64,000 nt of DNA, taken from positions 174,840,001 to 174,904,000 of the forward strand of contig OZ024740.1 of NCBI GenBank assembly GCA_964016885.1, in the 5' to 3' direction. The notes beneath the pieces were generated by a model that did not search any database, was not told where the DNA came from, and saw only the letters and a program-made list of their open reading frames with translations. A program made the translations under genes and the position numbers. Source of the DNA: Eledone cirrhosa (lineage: Eukaryota). This document shows positions 1 to 22,929 of the stretch, one piece after another (the stretch's first letter is position 1; every line of letters starts with the position of its first letter).

Positions 1-357
1 GTAAAGATTGAAAGCAGCTGGAATGGGGTTGCTTTAAAGGATCTTTGGAGTAAAATTACTTGATAGAGTGCATAGCTTAGAGATGAGTCACTCCAGGTAG
101 AGCTGCTACTTCTCTGAATTGAGAGATCACAGCTCTGATACTATGGTCATGTGGTTAGACTGTCTCGGGAAAGAATTGCTGGACAGATTTTATGGGCAGG
201 CGACCCAGGGGTAGACCCCAAGCAAGATGATTGGATAACATCCATGACCTTGGCTGGTCTTGCTTGGGGATCCAGTTGGAGACAGTTGCTTCTGACAGGA
301 CCCACTGGAAGGAGTGTTGAGGACTCTGCTCCCACGGTCTTCTCAGGAATAAGTGGG
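1..357 (+). mobile_element. Decayed 3' end of an RTE-clade LINE (Rex3/Expander-like family) in an ATP1A intron
   Basis: Remnants ESLQVELLLL*IERSQL*YYGHVVRL and RPRGRP; tail tctcaggaataagtgg shared with the element at 62799-64000. Confidence 0.75.
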
Positions 358-428
358 CAAAGAAGTATAATAGATTTGATTTTTATCTACATGATTATTA
401 TAAAATTATCTTTTTTTCTTAATTTTAG

Positions 429-10083
<9,655 letters not shown>

Positions 10084-13000
10084 GGATTGTGCCATATTAG
10101 TCTAAAATTTAAATTTGAAAAGAAAAAAAAAAAGAACCAGAATGCGGGGCTGTGCGGCACAATTTTTTACAATTATTTCCTAATTTTTTTTCCTTTTCCC
10201 TCCGTTCACAAAAACATATTCAAGAGAACTCTGAATATATTGAAGATAACTGTAATTATCTTCTGGTTCATCGCGTGAGAGCAACATGAGAGCCTATGTA
10301 CATTGTATGTCTGAGCAAACAGGGTGAGTGTCTGTGTGGAGATCTACAAAGACCAGTAATCCAGCAAAGACTCATACTTGACCTAATTCGTAGAAAATAC
10401 TAGCTTTTGGGAGATGAGTATCTATTCTGGTGATAAGCACATATTGTGTAGTGTCCTGAAACCCCACTGGTACACGATGCACTGTCAGTCAGTTTGAGAA
10501 GCCTGGCCATTTTATATAATAAAAGAAGCTTTGTTACATTAGTTCAGATAATTTCTGTTGAACTAATTCCATCAATACTGTGGTACCTTTGCTAGCATGG
10601 ATTTTCATTTTTAATATTATCACTCAGAAAACACACTTAATACGTCACTTATACACTTCACAAGTTTACTACAAATCCTGGATGAATAATAAAAATTTTA
10701 AATACTTTTTAAGTTGGAAAGTTTAATTTGCTCCCACTTTGTCAGCTGCAGTACTAAAAGGTGAATATTTGCATGTAATGGGTTAGCACTTTCGTAACTG
10801 TCTGACAGCCAGTTGGGACTATGGTCCTTGATCACTAACCCCTTTCTTATCTCCTTTGGTTACTCAGGAGCCACTTTGTTTTCTTTGTAGTAGTTGCACT
10901 TAAGATGAACTAGTTTTTAAGAATTTTTCTTATTTCTTTGGCCGAGAGATTCTCACCTGAACAAAATATTTCCCCTACCTTAAAATCAATGGTTATGCCT
11001 GGCACTTCATTTAAAATCCAGGATATCAATCTTTTAAAAGTATGCAAGATCTAAAATGGAAAGTATTTGGATTAAGATTGCCTCATATGTCAGTGGCTTC
11101 AAACTATCATCAGAATGGTAGCACGGTTTTATATTGGATGCCAACTCCTCCAGTTGACAGTGCCATCTTGCTAGGTTGGGTGGGTGTATATGGTCAATGT
11201 AGACATTGTGTTGATCAGTCTTTGGCTAGAAATCTGCACATGGACAAAATATTCTGGATGCTAGTCTTAACATCTTCATTTGCATGCTGCAAAATACTAG
11301 TTATGGGAATGGCAATTTTTTTTTTTTTTTTTTAATTTCGTAAATTGCTATTTCTGTTAAAATCACTTAGATATTCTCATTGACCATTTTTTTTTTTTCA
11401 AGCCATAGTAGCTAAAAGTTAATGACTTAAAGGGTTTTGTTCTGATTTCTTTTTGTCTCATCCTCCCACTCTTTCTCACTCTCTTTCCCTCTGATGCAAT
11501 TAGGGAAAGTGTTTAAAAGGCAGCCCTCTGCTTTTATGTTTTTTTTTTTTTTATTTTTATTTTTGTCGTTCCTCGACTGAGTTAGGGTGTACATCCTGGC
11601 AAGCCTCTTAGTATGTTACAGGTGAGGCATACAAGCTTTCCGAATCACTCAACATTCCAGTCCCCTCATCCCAGGCCAGCTAATGTACAGGAATCTAAGA
11701 GGCTTGGCGAGGTGACGGCTGACCTAGTGTTGTTGAACTCTCCAAAATCCGTCTATTCGTCAAACAAGAAACATGCATACTACCATAAAATGGAGAAGAA
11801 AAGCAGAAAACTCTGGAAAAACTGTGTGCATGTGTGTATGCGTGTGTATATTGTTTTATTTCTCCAGTAGAACTGTGTACATAGAAACTCCAGCTAGCTG
11901 GAGCTTGCTTTACTAGACCAAAGGGACGACGGGCTAATAACAATACTAGCGGCCTTACTTCTGCAAGGATATTTCATGCAGCACAGACATGCCGTATGCT
12001 AGTCTTATCCAACAGATGAGAATTGTAAAACTGGAAAGCTGGTAGCATGGCTTTCAAACGGTTGTTAATGGTGTTATGTAGGTGTAGAAAGTGGCATCCA
12101 TTGGCTAGTTGAAGAATTGCCTGTTTCCTGGTCAATTTTAAGTGAAATAAAACATTTTACGTCAACTACTGCCTTCTGTATGTTTAGTCAGTATATTCCT
12201 GCTGCCCTGCTCCTCCATCCCTTTTTCCATCTATCCCATCTGAGTCGCTAACTTTCTGCTATTTGTCAGCATTCTAGTTGACCTTGATTACATTGACTTC
12301 GCCAGTTTTCATCAACCTCTTCTCAATTTCTCCACCTAGACCCCACTCTGTTTTTTTGTTTGTTTTTTTTTTGTTTTTTTTTCTCTCCTTCTTTTCAGAC
12401 CAACATTCTACTTTAGTTTACCTACTACTGTCCTGATGAAGGCTTCATATTCCAGTTAGTGTCCTGTTGAACATTGACATCAGTGGATCCTACTAACCCA
12501 TTATTGTTACGCATTTTCTATGGAGCTTTAGCATTTCAAGGAATATTACTTTCAAAACATTTAAATTTTTTATATTTATTTAAATATTGTCATGGAAAGT
12601 TTCCAGCATTTATGTTTTGGGTTTGTTTGTTTGTTTGTTTTTTTAGTTTTTTTTTTCTCATGGTTGGTCTTTTTTTTTATATATATATATATATACAAAG
12701 AGGGGGGAAATGGTGTTGACTTTATCTGCAGCATCTATTGTTTTGGTGATAGGAATTTTTTAAGACACTACTTGATAAGCATTGCCACTTTTGACGTCTA
12801 ACATAATCCGAAGCTTTGAATATTGTAACATCCTTAGCTCTCTACTCTTAAAAATTCTCTGCTTCTTGCCAAGAACTTTTAGCTGACTGTTGCCACTGTA
12901 GTGGGCTTAGTTCAAACCAAGCTTCCTTGTAGCTCGATTTGCTTTGAAAAACCTCTCTCAGATGAGAAGTCCAGACTATTTTACAGAAGCTTGGTAATGA

Positions 13001-13286
13001 TCACTTAGCAGTTGTATTGAAGCAACTGGAGCTACAGTGTGCATCTAAAGAACTGACCAGACAGTAACTAAATCTACTAAACCGTTTTGGTAGTTGGTGC
13101 CATGTAGTTGTTTCCAGTTTTTAGTTTGTTTTGGGTTTTTTTTTTATCTTATTCCTAATTCAGTGAACCTGTACAGAATACCAAGCACAAGTTGAAAGGA
13201 AAGAAAAATTGTTACTTGTTGGCTATTTCATTTTTGTTAATTTACAAGTCTCAATATATTACCATAATTGAGATTTAGTTGTTTTC

Positions 13287-13341
<55 letters not shown>

Positions 13342-15164
13342 TATATACGTTGTTGTTTTTTTAAAAAAAACTGAACTCTCAACTTGCTGCCGTAATGCTG
13401 CACCATTTTTTAGTGCTTGTGATCCTGCAAATGTATCAACAGTTGAAGGTAAATAAAGAGTTTGAACTTTTTGCTTGTCTGTGCAGCTTTACTGAATCTT
13501 TTCTAGTGGAAAATCTGGGTCAATTACATCGTCCAGCTTTTACTAGTGGTGTGTCCTGTTTAACCCCCCCCCCCCCCCATTTCACCATCCCTAGCAGGCT
13601 ACAAATTGGTCTCTCTAGCTGTTTTAGTGAGACATTAAGGCAGCTACTGTTTTGTCTTTGGCTTCTCTGGCAGCCCAACACTGCTACAGCTTTGTTCCAT
13701 TGGCTTGAGGTTAACTTAATACGTTATCTCTCTTGTGGCATTTGATCTCTGTCCCCAGCTGCTTACAGATGTTCAATTGCCCCTCTTGGCCTCAGACTCT
13801 GGCTGTTCACCTTTCAAATTGCTCTATTTGTTCAGCTTCACTTCTACATCACTGTTTTACTTTTTAGATCTGTAAGTATCCAATGCTTACATTTCCAAAA
13901 TTCTTGCCTAGTTTTATCTATTTTTATTCCATTCAATATGCAGGTATTAAATGTTTCTAGCATTTTGAATTTTTCTACCATCTAGCATGTCAACAGCTAA
14001 AGGGTTCCATTGGCCGCCCTCCCCATATAGATTATTCCTTGCAGATATAGGCAAAGACCGAAACTGGAGGGGCAGGTACTGGGACTCTGACGTTTCTCCT
14101 ATGTTGTAAGAATGGAATTGGTAGTATGCGTGAATGTATGCAAGGCTCACCCTGCCAAAAATATGCTCGGTTATATCTTTGTAGTCCTTAGAGTTTGAAT
14201 TTGTCAAACTCTAGTCATAGACAGGGTTGATTGGATGCTGTTAGCCTGCTCCAAATCACTGCTTTACTGCAGGGTACTTTTTGTTTTTCATTTTTATTTT
14301 TACATTTTTTTAGCTTTTTTTTTTTTTTTTTTTTTCTTTAAAAAAATTTTTTATTACTCCAGTGCCCAATGGAAGTATTAGTTTGTTGCTCTCAACCTTA
14401 CTTTGCTCCTTCTCTAGTAACCTTTCATAGGAAATAGTTTGTCAAGAAAAAAAAAGATCAGCTGATAAAACTGATAACATTTAACAATATTAGTTGACCC
14501 AATTTTTTCAATGTTTTGAAATTTTTATATATGTGTATATAATATATATCAAATAAAATTTGACATTTGAAAACAAAGTCTGAACTCTTCAACTGGATAA
14601 TGAATGAAAGGGGCCTACCTTTTTTTTCTGTTTTCCTCCCCTTTTTATTTATATATATATATATCTATATATATATATATATATATAATTTTTATTTTTT
14701 TTTTTTTTTAATGAAGTAATTTTGTTATTGAAAAGTTGTATTGAAAAAGTTGTTGCCTCCCCAAGTCCTATATGAAGTTATTCAAACCAGTTATTAATCT
14801 TTGTGGCATTTTTCTCTGACTGGCAGTTCAAGAAAACACCAATACTTCAATGTAATGTACTGTTTTTAAAGTTTGAGGTTGTTTACTCACACATACACAC
14901 ACTTACACATATATATAGCCCAATGACTAGGTTGGTTCTATATTGATTGGTAGTTGTTTTTTTTTTTATATAACTAGAAGAGCTTTCAGTGAACTGGCAA
15001 GGTGTTTTAACTTTATTGTAGAATAAGATACATTCTATGGCTTATGTCTATTACATTTCAGTACAAGCCTGGGACTCTTAATACATATAATAATTAAAAC
15101 CATAAAATGTTTTTAAAGGAACATTACCAAATTAGATTATAAACCATCTTTCAGAAACATTGCT

Positions 15165-15204
<40 letters not shown>

Positions 15205-15830
15205 TATTTATTTATTTATTTTTAATTGTAAATAATTTTGTGTAATGGAACAATTTGTAACCATAAATACTACTAGTTGAAGTACAGCTGAAATACTTGT
15301 AATTTCTCCATGGCATGCATAAGGATATTGAAGTGGCTACTTATGGATCCTAGGATGACGTATATTTACTGAATTTATAGTCGCCACCGCAAGATATAGT
15401 GCAAAAGTTTACTGTCTCATAGCTAGAATACTAATTTTGTATTGGAGAGAAGAATGACACCTGTTTTAACATGGATGTTTTTTAATCACATCCCAACCGT
15501 ATGCCATTTTTTTTTTTAAAATGGCTTTTGGATTTTTTGTTTTTAACATCGGATATTCAGAATCAGTATGTCTTTTTTTTTTTTTTTTTTTTTTTGTTTT
15601 TTAAATTTAAAAAAAAAAATGATTTCCTATCAAACTTTAGAACATAAGATATTCAGAATGATGCTTTTTTTTTTTTTTTTTTTTTTTTTTTTCCTTATAT
15701 CAGGAACTTACGATTAAGGAGGGGATTTACTGCTACAGTACTTTTATATTTTGTTTATATTTGATATTGTTTTACATTTGTAATTATATTTTCATTCTTA
15801 ATAAATTGAAACATTTTAAATTTTCAGAAA
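10084..15830 (+). other. Putative long 3' UTR of ATP1A with several candidate poly(A) signals
   Basis: No recognisable SINE/LINE copies, many sense-strand poly-T tracts; AATAAA at 10518, 10688, 12146, 13452, 14552, 15800; MITE/SINE copies resume after ~16200. Confidence 0.5.
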
Positions 15831-16226
15831 GTGAAACAATGCTTTCAAATGTAAACGAAATATATTTATATACTAAAAGAGTACTTATAAATGTAAATCT
15901 TCTATCCCTAATGAGTTTCTGATTTTACTTTTTAAAAGTTTTTCTAATTAAAAAAAAAAAAAAGAAAATGTTATAAATTCTGAAAGTCTGGTGTTAAAAC
16001 AAAAACAATTTTTTTTTTGTTTTGTTTTGTTCCTAAGGATAATAAAAAAAAAAAAAAAAAAATTGAAAAAAAAAAAAGTGAAATGAATAAATGCATCCGT
16101 AATATAAGTTGAAGAAAGATGTTAGATGCTAACATCAGGAGAGAGACCAAAGCAAGCCATTGATACCATTTTGCTAAAATACCACTCAAGGAATCAACAT
16201 TATATTGAAATTGTCCTGTTAATAGC

Positions 16227-16455
16227 TTAACTCTTGTGATATTAAACCACCCCTGGTTCTATGTATAAAACGGTGCTGTTTGTTTTAAAGTGTTTATATT
16301 TATCTAAAAATATTCCATCATAATTTAAGAACCTCTTAAATTATGCCTCAAACACTGACTTAATAGTGAAAAAGTTGTATTACTAAACCCCTCAAAATTA
16401 CTTGAGAAATCATAAGCAGTTTCTTTCATGAAAAGTATTGTAAAGGAAGGGTTAA
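16227..16455. mobile_element. piggyBac-type MITE (TTAA-flanked), decayed
   Basis: ttaactcttg ... gaagggttaa termini; internal similarity to 17766-17955 and 49190-49441. Confidence 0.5.
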
Positions 16456-17321
16456 AGGCATGGTATTTGGCAGTTTGCTGATTCAGTTTTTCTACCAATT
16501 TCCTTGGATTATTTTGGTCATCGCTGCTACATCACATTTAGAATATTTGCTTGTAAACATCTATAGAGAAAAAAAAACACATTTAATTGTATCCCTGCAG
16601 TTTCATGGCAATGAGAATATCATTCCTTCTTTGAATCCCTGTGATGGAATTGTTAGGGTGCCATCATGAGAAACAACTCTTGGGCATTTTAAACTTAACA
16701 GAGTTTGTCCTTGGAAAGAAATAAAACACTGAAAGGAAGGGTTTGACTCTAGTACATGACTAGTACTTCATTTATTGACCCTGGAAGTGATGAAAGTTGA
16801 CTGCAGCTGGATTTAAAATAAACTAATACCACAAAATATTTTATTCAATGCCCTGATTTTTCTGGCTTGCCATCTTTAATTTGAATACATTTAATTCTGG
16901 GGCAAATGTAGGCTTGCAAGCCAGAGTGAAGACTGCCTATCTTGACCAAATAAGTACTTCCACATTGGACTGCCTGTTTAGGTGAGTAGTAACTTACCTT
17001 AAAAACTACACAGGATAGTTGTGGACTCTAAAAACCACAGCAAAAATAGCCCATCTAGGGGAGTAGTGAATAAATTCCGATAATGTAAAGGTTTTAGACA
17101 ACCTATCTAGTGTTAGTAAGAAGGTAAAATGTACATGGTCCATGCTGTAAAGGGGTTGATATCAAAACCGTGAAAAAACAACTGCTGGGATACATCCAAA
17201 TTTTTTTATGTTTTCTATATATTAGAGGGTTCAACAAAACAATCCTTGGAAATTTATAACCCCTAACTAAACCAGATTGAATTTCTTTAATCCCTATTAT
17301 TCACAATGGGATAATTTGAAT

Positions 17322-17471
17322 TTAACCCATTCGTGCCCATATTGACGAATGACAATACCTATGATTTTCTAGAATTTGGCAACATTTTCATTATAAAGGT
17401 GGTTAGAACATGAAATTATGATGGGAGGAAGGTTTTGTACAACCAAAGGTGATTGATATCAAATGGGTTAA
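17322..17471. mobile_element. piggyBac-type MITE
   Basis: TTAA-CCCATT ... AATGGG-TTAA inverted termini. Confidence 0.65.
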
Positions 17472-19930
17472 TGTTGATTCTTTGTGCAACATTTAGTAAT
17501 AAGATAATATCAATGACTGAAGAACTTTGGTGTTTCACATTTTTCCTTATCCTCAACCAGTAAATATTGTGTTATGTAGATGACTTTACATTATTTATTT
17601 TCTCTCCAAAGCAAAATTGTATCTTCTCTACTCAAAATCCAAGAGATAAAATCAAAGCAATGTAAATCGAATGTATTACAGAAACAAAGTAGAGCCAATA
17701 TTTACTTTTCTTACCCTAACTGGAATGAGTTTTATAATTATTCTAGATCTAAAGATTTTATTGATATTTCAAAAGATTAACATTTTTCGTACCGGATCTG
17801 TTTATATCTATCTAAAAACCTTCCATCATACTTTTATGTGGGAACTTTGTTCCAAACACCAACTTACTGACAAAAGTTATATTACAAAATCCCTCCAAAA
17901 TTATTTGAAAGTCGGGCAGTAACATTTATTTAAAATATGGTTATGAAAGAGTTAATGAATAACTAGATATACATAGTAAGATTAAAGTTAATTTTCTGAA
18001 TGACGAGTCGAATAAGGACCATGTAATAATGGTTTCTAATTTAGGCATGAGACCAGCAATTTAGTTGGAAGATAACGCCAAATCTATACCAGTACATAAC
18101 TGGTACTCCATTTTATTAACCCCAGAAGGATGAAAGGACCAGTTGACCTGGATGGGATTTGAACTCAGAGTAAAAATCCAGAACAAATACTGCAAAGCAT
18201 TTTTTCCAATGCTGTCACCAGAACGGGGGTTAATACAGATGTTGAATGAAATTTCTAATTTAGGCACAAGGCCTGCAGTTTTGGAAGAAAGGGAAAACCA
18301 ATTGATATTTATCTTATCAGCGTTGGAAAGATGAAAGGCAAAGTTGAACTCAGAAAGTAAAGGCCTAGAACAAATGCTGCTAAGCATTTGTTCAATGCTC
18401 TAAACAACTCTGCCAATTCGCCATGCTAATTTTGAATGAAATAATAGATGAGGTATTTTCAAGTTAAGAGTAGTGTTCCAGCAAGGCATTAGCTATAATA
18501 GCTAAAGCCAACTAAAGAATATAACCCATGGAACTACCTAAATAAGACCTATGTAACATTGAAAGCAATAAAAAAAAAATACGTTGACTCTATTAGTATT
18601 TCTATTCATTGGCGTCTCATCTTAATTGAAAAATATTCAGAATTAAGACTTTGAAAAAAAATAAGGATGTTCTCTTTTATAAACTCGGTATGGAACTATT
18701 CTGATAGACGCATCTATGTAGATGCCTCATATTCAAAGCATGTATGCATGAATTTCTCTAACATATATATATGAAGAGAGTCATTCAGTTCCCGTGGCCA
18801 CTTCTGTTCACTTTTTCTGTCTCAAGAGGCTGTATCCTTAATTTTATTTAACTACATAATATGTGTTGTGATGGCCTTTGCAACAGGAAAAACATTCTCC
18901 TAAATTTCAACCTTGCTACAAGCATTACTAGCTGAAAAATATGAACTTTAAATTAAGAGAAAGAAGTGGCAGCATACCTCTTGGTGTAGTAGTAACATTG
19001 CATTCCAGCATACAACAGTAGTGTGGTTTAAATCCCACAGGTAATTCTGTTCTCTCTCTTAAGGGATTATATCTCTGATTTTTAAAGTTAGTATGCATTG
19101 TAGTGGCCTTTGTGAGAAGTAAAATATTCTCTTGTCAACTGGATGTTTACATTCTCATATATATATATGGAGATTTGAACATTTGTGTTGATGGTTTCCT
19201 GATAAGCTACAGCTGCAAGTCGAGGGTTTAAAAAGTGAAATAGCTTGATATGCACTCGCCTCTGGAGGACATGCATAAATATGCAAATATATGACTTGTG
19301 CATATATTTTTATTTTATTTTATATCATGCATTTTGTGCAATCACTGGTTCATTGCATTTCTGGTTGCAGGAGTGACAATAGGATGCGTGTGAAACTAGG
19401 CAAAATGAATACTGCAAGGTATCTTTTGTTCACACTGGATTGACAATATCTCACCGAAATATCTTTTTATTTTATTTTATGTGTATATAATATATATATA
19501 AATATAATGTATATATGTATAATATATATATATATATGTGTGTGTGTACATATATGTATAAAATGTATATGTATGTATATATAATGCATATATATGTACA
19601 TACATTAATATATAGACGGGTATCCAGCTACCAAATTTTACTCGAGAAGCATTGGTCTCAATGGGATCATACCCTGAACCATATGGTTGGAAGTGAACTT
19701 GCTAACCACAACCATGTATATACACCCATACAAATATTTTAAGTTCATACATGTGCGTGTATGTATGTATATATATGTATAATGTATATATATATATATA
19801 TATATGCATATTATATAATTTTTATTCTTTGTGACCATACCGGAGCACAAATTCAATCCTAAATGCACATATTTTCCAAAAGGTTACTCAATTATTTACT
19901 AACCAGATTTGATATTGCTTAAATTTAGTG

Positions 19931-19969
<39 letters not shown>

Positions 19970-21155
19970 GTGCCTGTGTTCATATATATTCATATATGTA
20001 TATATTGTGTATGTATAAATATTTTGTACAAAATGAAAATATGTATCTGCATTTATATACATATGTATGTGTGTATATGCATGTGTACATTGATTTAGAA
20101 TGTATCACAAGGTCTATCTTGTTTTAGCTGTTGGTTTAATTGTGATATAAACATGTCTTTTGTTAGAATGAGTTCATTATGCATATAAAGATATAACAGT
20201 GGTGTCTACAATTCAAGATATACGTTATGATACATTTCAATTTATCCAAATCCACTGTTTAGTGCATTTATTATAAATACATGCATTTTTTATACACTAA
20301 TTTATTCAAACTAGTGTCTTCATCATGGTTGTTATAGTCAGAATATGTTGGCCATTGTTCCCTCTGGCCGTTTTCAGATGTCTGTCATATTCAGTAATGT
20401 TCTTGAAATTTCAAAATGGACCTTTATTCAATCCATGGACTCAGTTTTATAACAACTAAGATGAGGACAGTGTATAATAATAATAATTCCTAATCCCAGA
20501 AATTCAGATAAAATACATTTATCTCAATGTATCTCTATATGAAATCTATTTTCACATATATATGACACAAGCATATGATAAATTTACTTGGAATTGATAA
20601 GCTCTGAAAGAAGGCATGTGTCCTGTCTGATAGGAAGCAAAAATAGATAATAAAATTACATGCTTTCTCTGATTTTACATATCAACATGAAATGAAATTA
20701 TTGGAGAAAAATTGATGTGTTTTGAGAGGTGACTGAATCAGCATAGTGAAGTAACCAAAACTAAAGCTGTTGCAATGTTATGATTAAAACATTAAAGCAA
20801 CTTCACAATTTCTCTCTCTAGCCCATAACTTTTGATTGAATTGTAGTGACATATGTCATGTGTTGGCTACTTAAACCTGGTGGAGCTTGTCCTTCTCCAT
20901 GCTTGAACATTGTCTCTTTTGCTCTTTCTTTTTGGAAGAAGTCAACTGACAGAAAGCTGGAAAGAAATCTAGAAGAATTAGCTGCGGTACTTTATATCAA
21001 CAAATGAAAAATTATGAAAAGCAAAGTTGACCTCATCAGGATTTGAACACTGAGTGCAGAGAGCCAGATTGAATAATGTGAAGCATTCTATTCAACATTT
21101 TTATAAATCTGCTAATTCATCAATCAACTTTGTGATTAGTTAATCTGATTGCATA

Positions 21156-22130
21156 TATGAGGTCTGTTAAAAAAGTATCCAACTTTAATTTTTTTCCTGT
21201 AGAAAGTTAGGGATGACAAAAGTGTACAGAGTGGAGCAGCACACATTCATATGCATGTGTAGTTTTGACAAACTCGCTGTATGTGTCAGGCAGCTAACAT
21301 CTGAAGTGCCATACTATTTACTCATCCCATTTTCATTTTCTCTTTGATGACAGAACATGTGGTGCAAGGATCTTGCATCAAGTTTTGCCCAAAGCTTGGA
21401 AATACCTAAATAGAAACAATTTGCAAAATTCAACAGGTTTTTGGTGATGATGCCATGTATGTTACCCAAATAAATCGTGGTTCAAAGATGATCACTCACT
21501 GGTTTAGAATAACCAGAGTTCTGGAAAGCTGTCAACAAGCTCTAAGAAAGTTGTCAGCAAGAAAGTGTATACCTTAATAATGGATAACTGAGTGCAAGAA
21601 ATCAGTGATAGTGTTGGGATCAATAAAGAATTTGCATATCACATGCAAATTTAAAGATGGATATGGGCATATACCAAACAGCATTGAAATTTGTGCCCAA
21701 GTTACTATCTCTAGAACAACAACTTCATCTTGAGGTTGTTCAAGACCTGTTGGATACTGACAACAAAGATTCTGGGTTTCTGAATACACTGATAACTGAA
21801 GAAAAGACTTGAATGTATGGATACAAATCTCTTATCGCAGTAGAAGCATCCAACATCAATGTAATATAAACTGTTTTATTTCACTACAGAGGTATTGTGC
21901 ATCATGAATACATATCAGGACAAATATTTACAAAGGAGTACCATCAGGAGATCCAACTTGTTCAAGATGCAGTTTAGTGTAAGAAATCTGATCTGTGAGC
22001 CTCACAAAACTGTCAGCTGCATCATGACAACTTCTTGGCTCATTCATTGTAGCTGATCCAAGATTTCTTAACAAAGAATGGCATTTTGCTTATTTACCAG
22101 GCTCTGTAGACTCCTGCCATGGCTCCTTAT
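21156..22130 (+). mobile_element. Tc1/mariner (mariner) transposon relic
   Basis: Left TIR-like tatgaggtctgttaaaaaagtatcc; broken transposase from ATG 21347: CIKFCPKLG...IQQVFGDDAM, SGKLSTS (SGRPST), ITEEKT*MYGY (ITGDETWVY), LHHDN..AH, decayed YSPDMAP-like motif; many stops and frameshifts, no right TIR seen. Confidence 0.85.
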
Positions 22131-22138
22131 TTATATAA

Positions 22139-22410
22139 TGTGAAGGCTTAGTTGTTAGGGCATTTGGCTTACAATTGTATATTTGTGAGTTTGATTCCCA
22201 ACAGTGTGTTGTGTCCTTGAGCAAGACACTTTATTTTATGTTCCAGTTTACTCAGCTGGCAAAAAAGTTGTACCTGTAATTCAGTTACACTGAATGCCTC
22301 TGAGAGTTTTAAAGGTGCATGTATCTGTGGAATGATCAACTATTTGCTCGTTAACTTCACAAGCAAACTGAAATACTCATTGTCAGAATCAGGCCAACAC
22401 ATATAACTGA
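22139..22410 (+). mobile_element. tRNA-derived SINE
   Basis: ggcttagttgttaggg ... gagtttgattccc head followed by ttgtgtccttgagcaagacacttt core; related copies at 46757-47095 (+) and 47560-47850 (-). Confidence 0.7.
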
Positions 22411-22929
22411 TGGGCTTTCACATTCTCCATCTATCAAATTTTACTTGACTCGAGACTATTAATGAAGACACTTGCTTGAGCTGTCACTCTATATAATGAT
22501 GATAATAATCTAATGGGCTTCCACAGTTTTCATTTACCAAGTTTCACTTGTAAAGTATTAGTTAAGCAAAAGCTACGCTAGAAGACATTTTCCCAAGATG
22601 GTCATGTTACCAATAGAAAGAACACATGCACTATATAATTTTGACTTAATCTTGTCTTTATTGTTTGTTATTCATTCATTTGTTAAAGTTCTTTCATCGC
22701 ACATTTTGTGACCTCAATGACTATCTGTTTTGTGCATCTTCTTTTTCCTGGTCTTAAACTACTACTCCATCTTGTCTTTGTTTTGTGGTCTGTGCATGCG
22801 TGTATGTGTTTTTGTGTTTTTCATGTCTGTGTGTTTTATCGTTTGCTGTTTGTGTCTTTTTTTTCTCTATTCTGTTTTCAGTTGTTATCACTATTCCACT
22901 TGTGTTTTCTGTTCAGGCTAGATCTATCT

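Noticed and set aside
17996-18025. tgacgagtc...gac resembling a hammerhead core
   Set aside because: Lacks the leading C and the GAAA box, and has no stems I/III
18977-19043. tRNA-like sequence (tggtgtagtagtaac ... ggtttaaatccc)
   Set aside because: Degenerate A/B boxes with no convincing cloverleaf; probably a decayed SINE head or tRNA pseudogene
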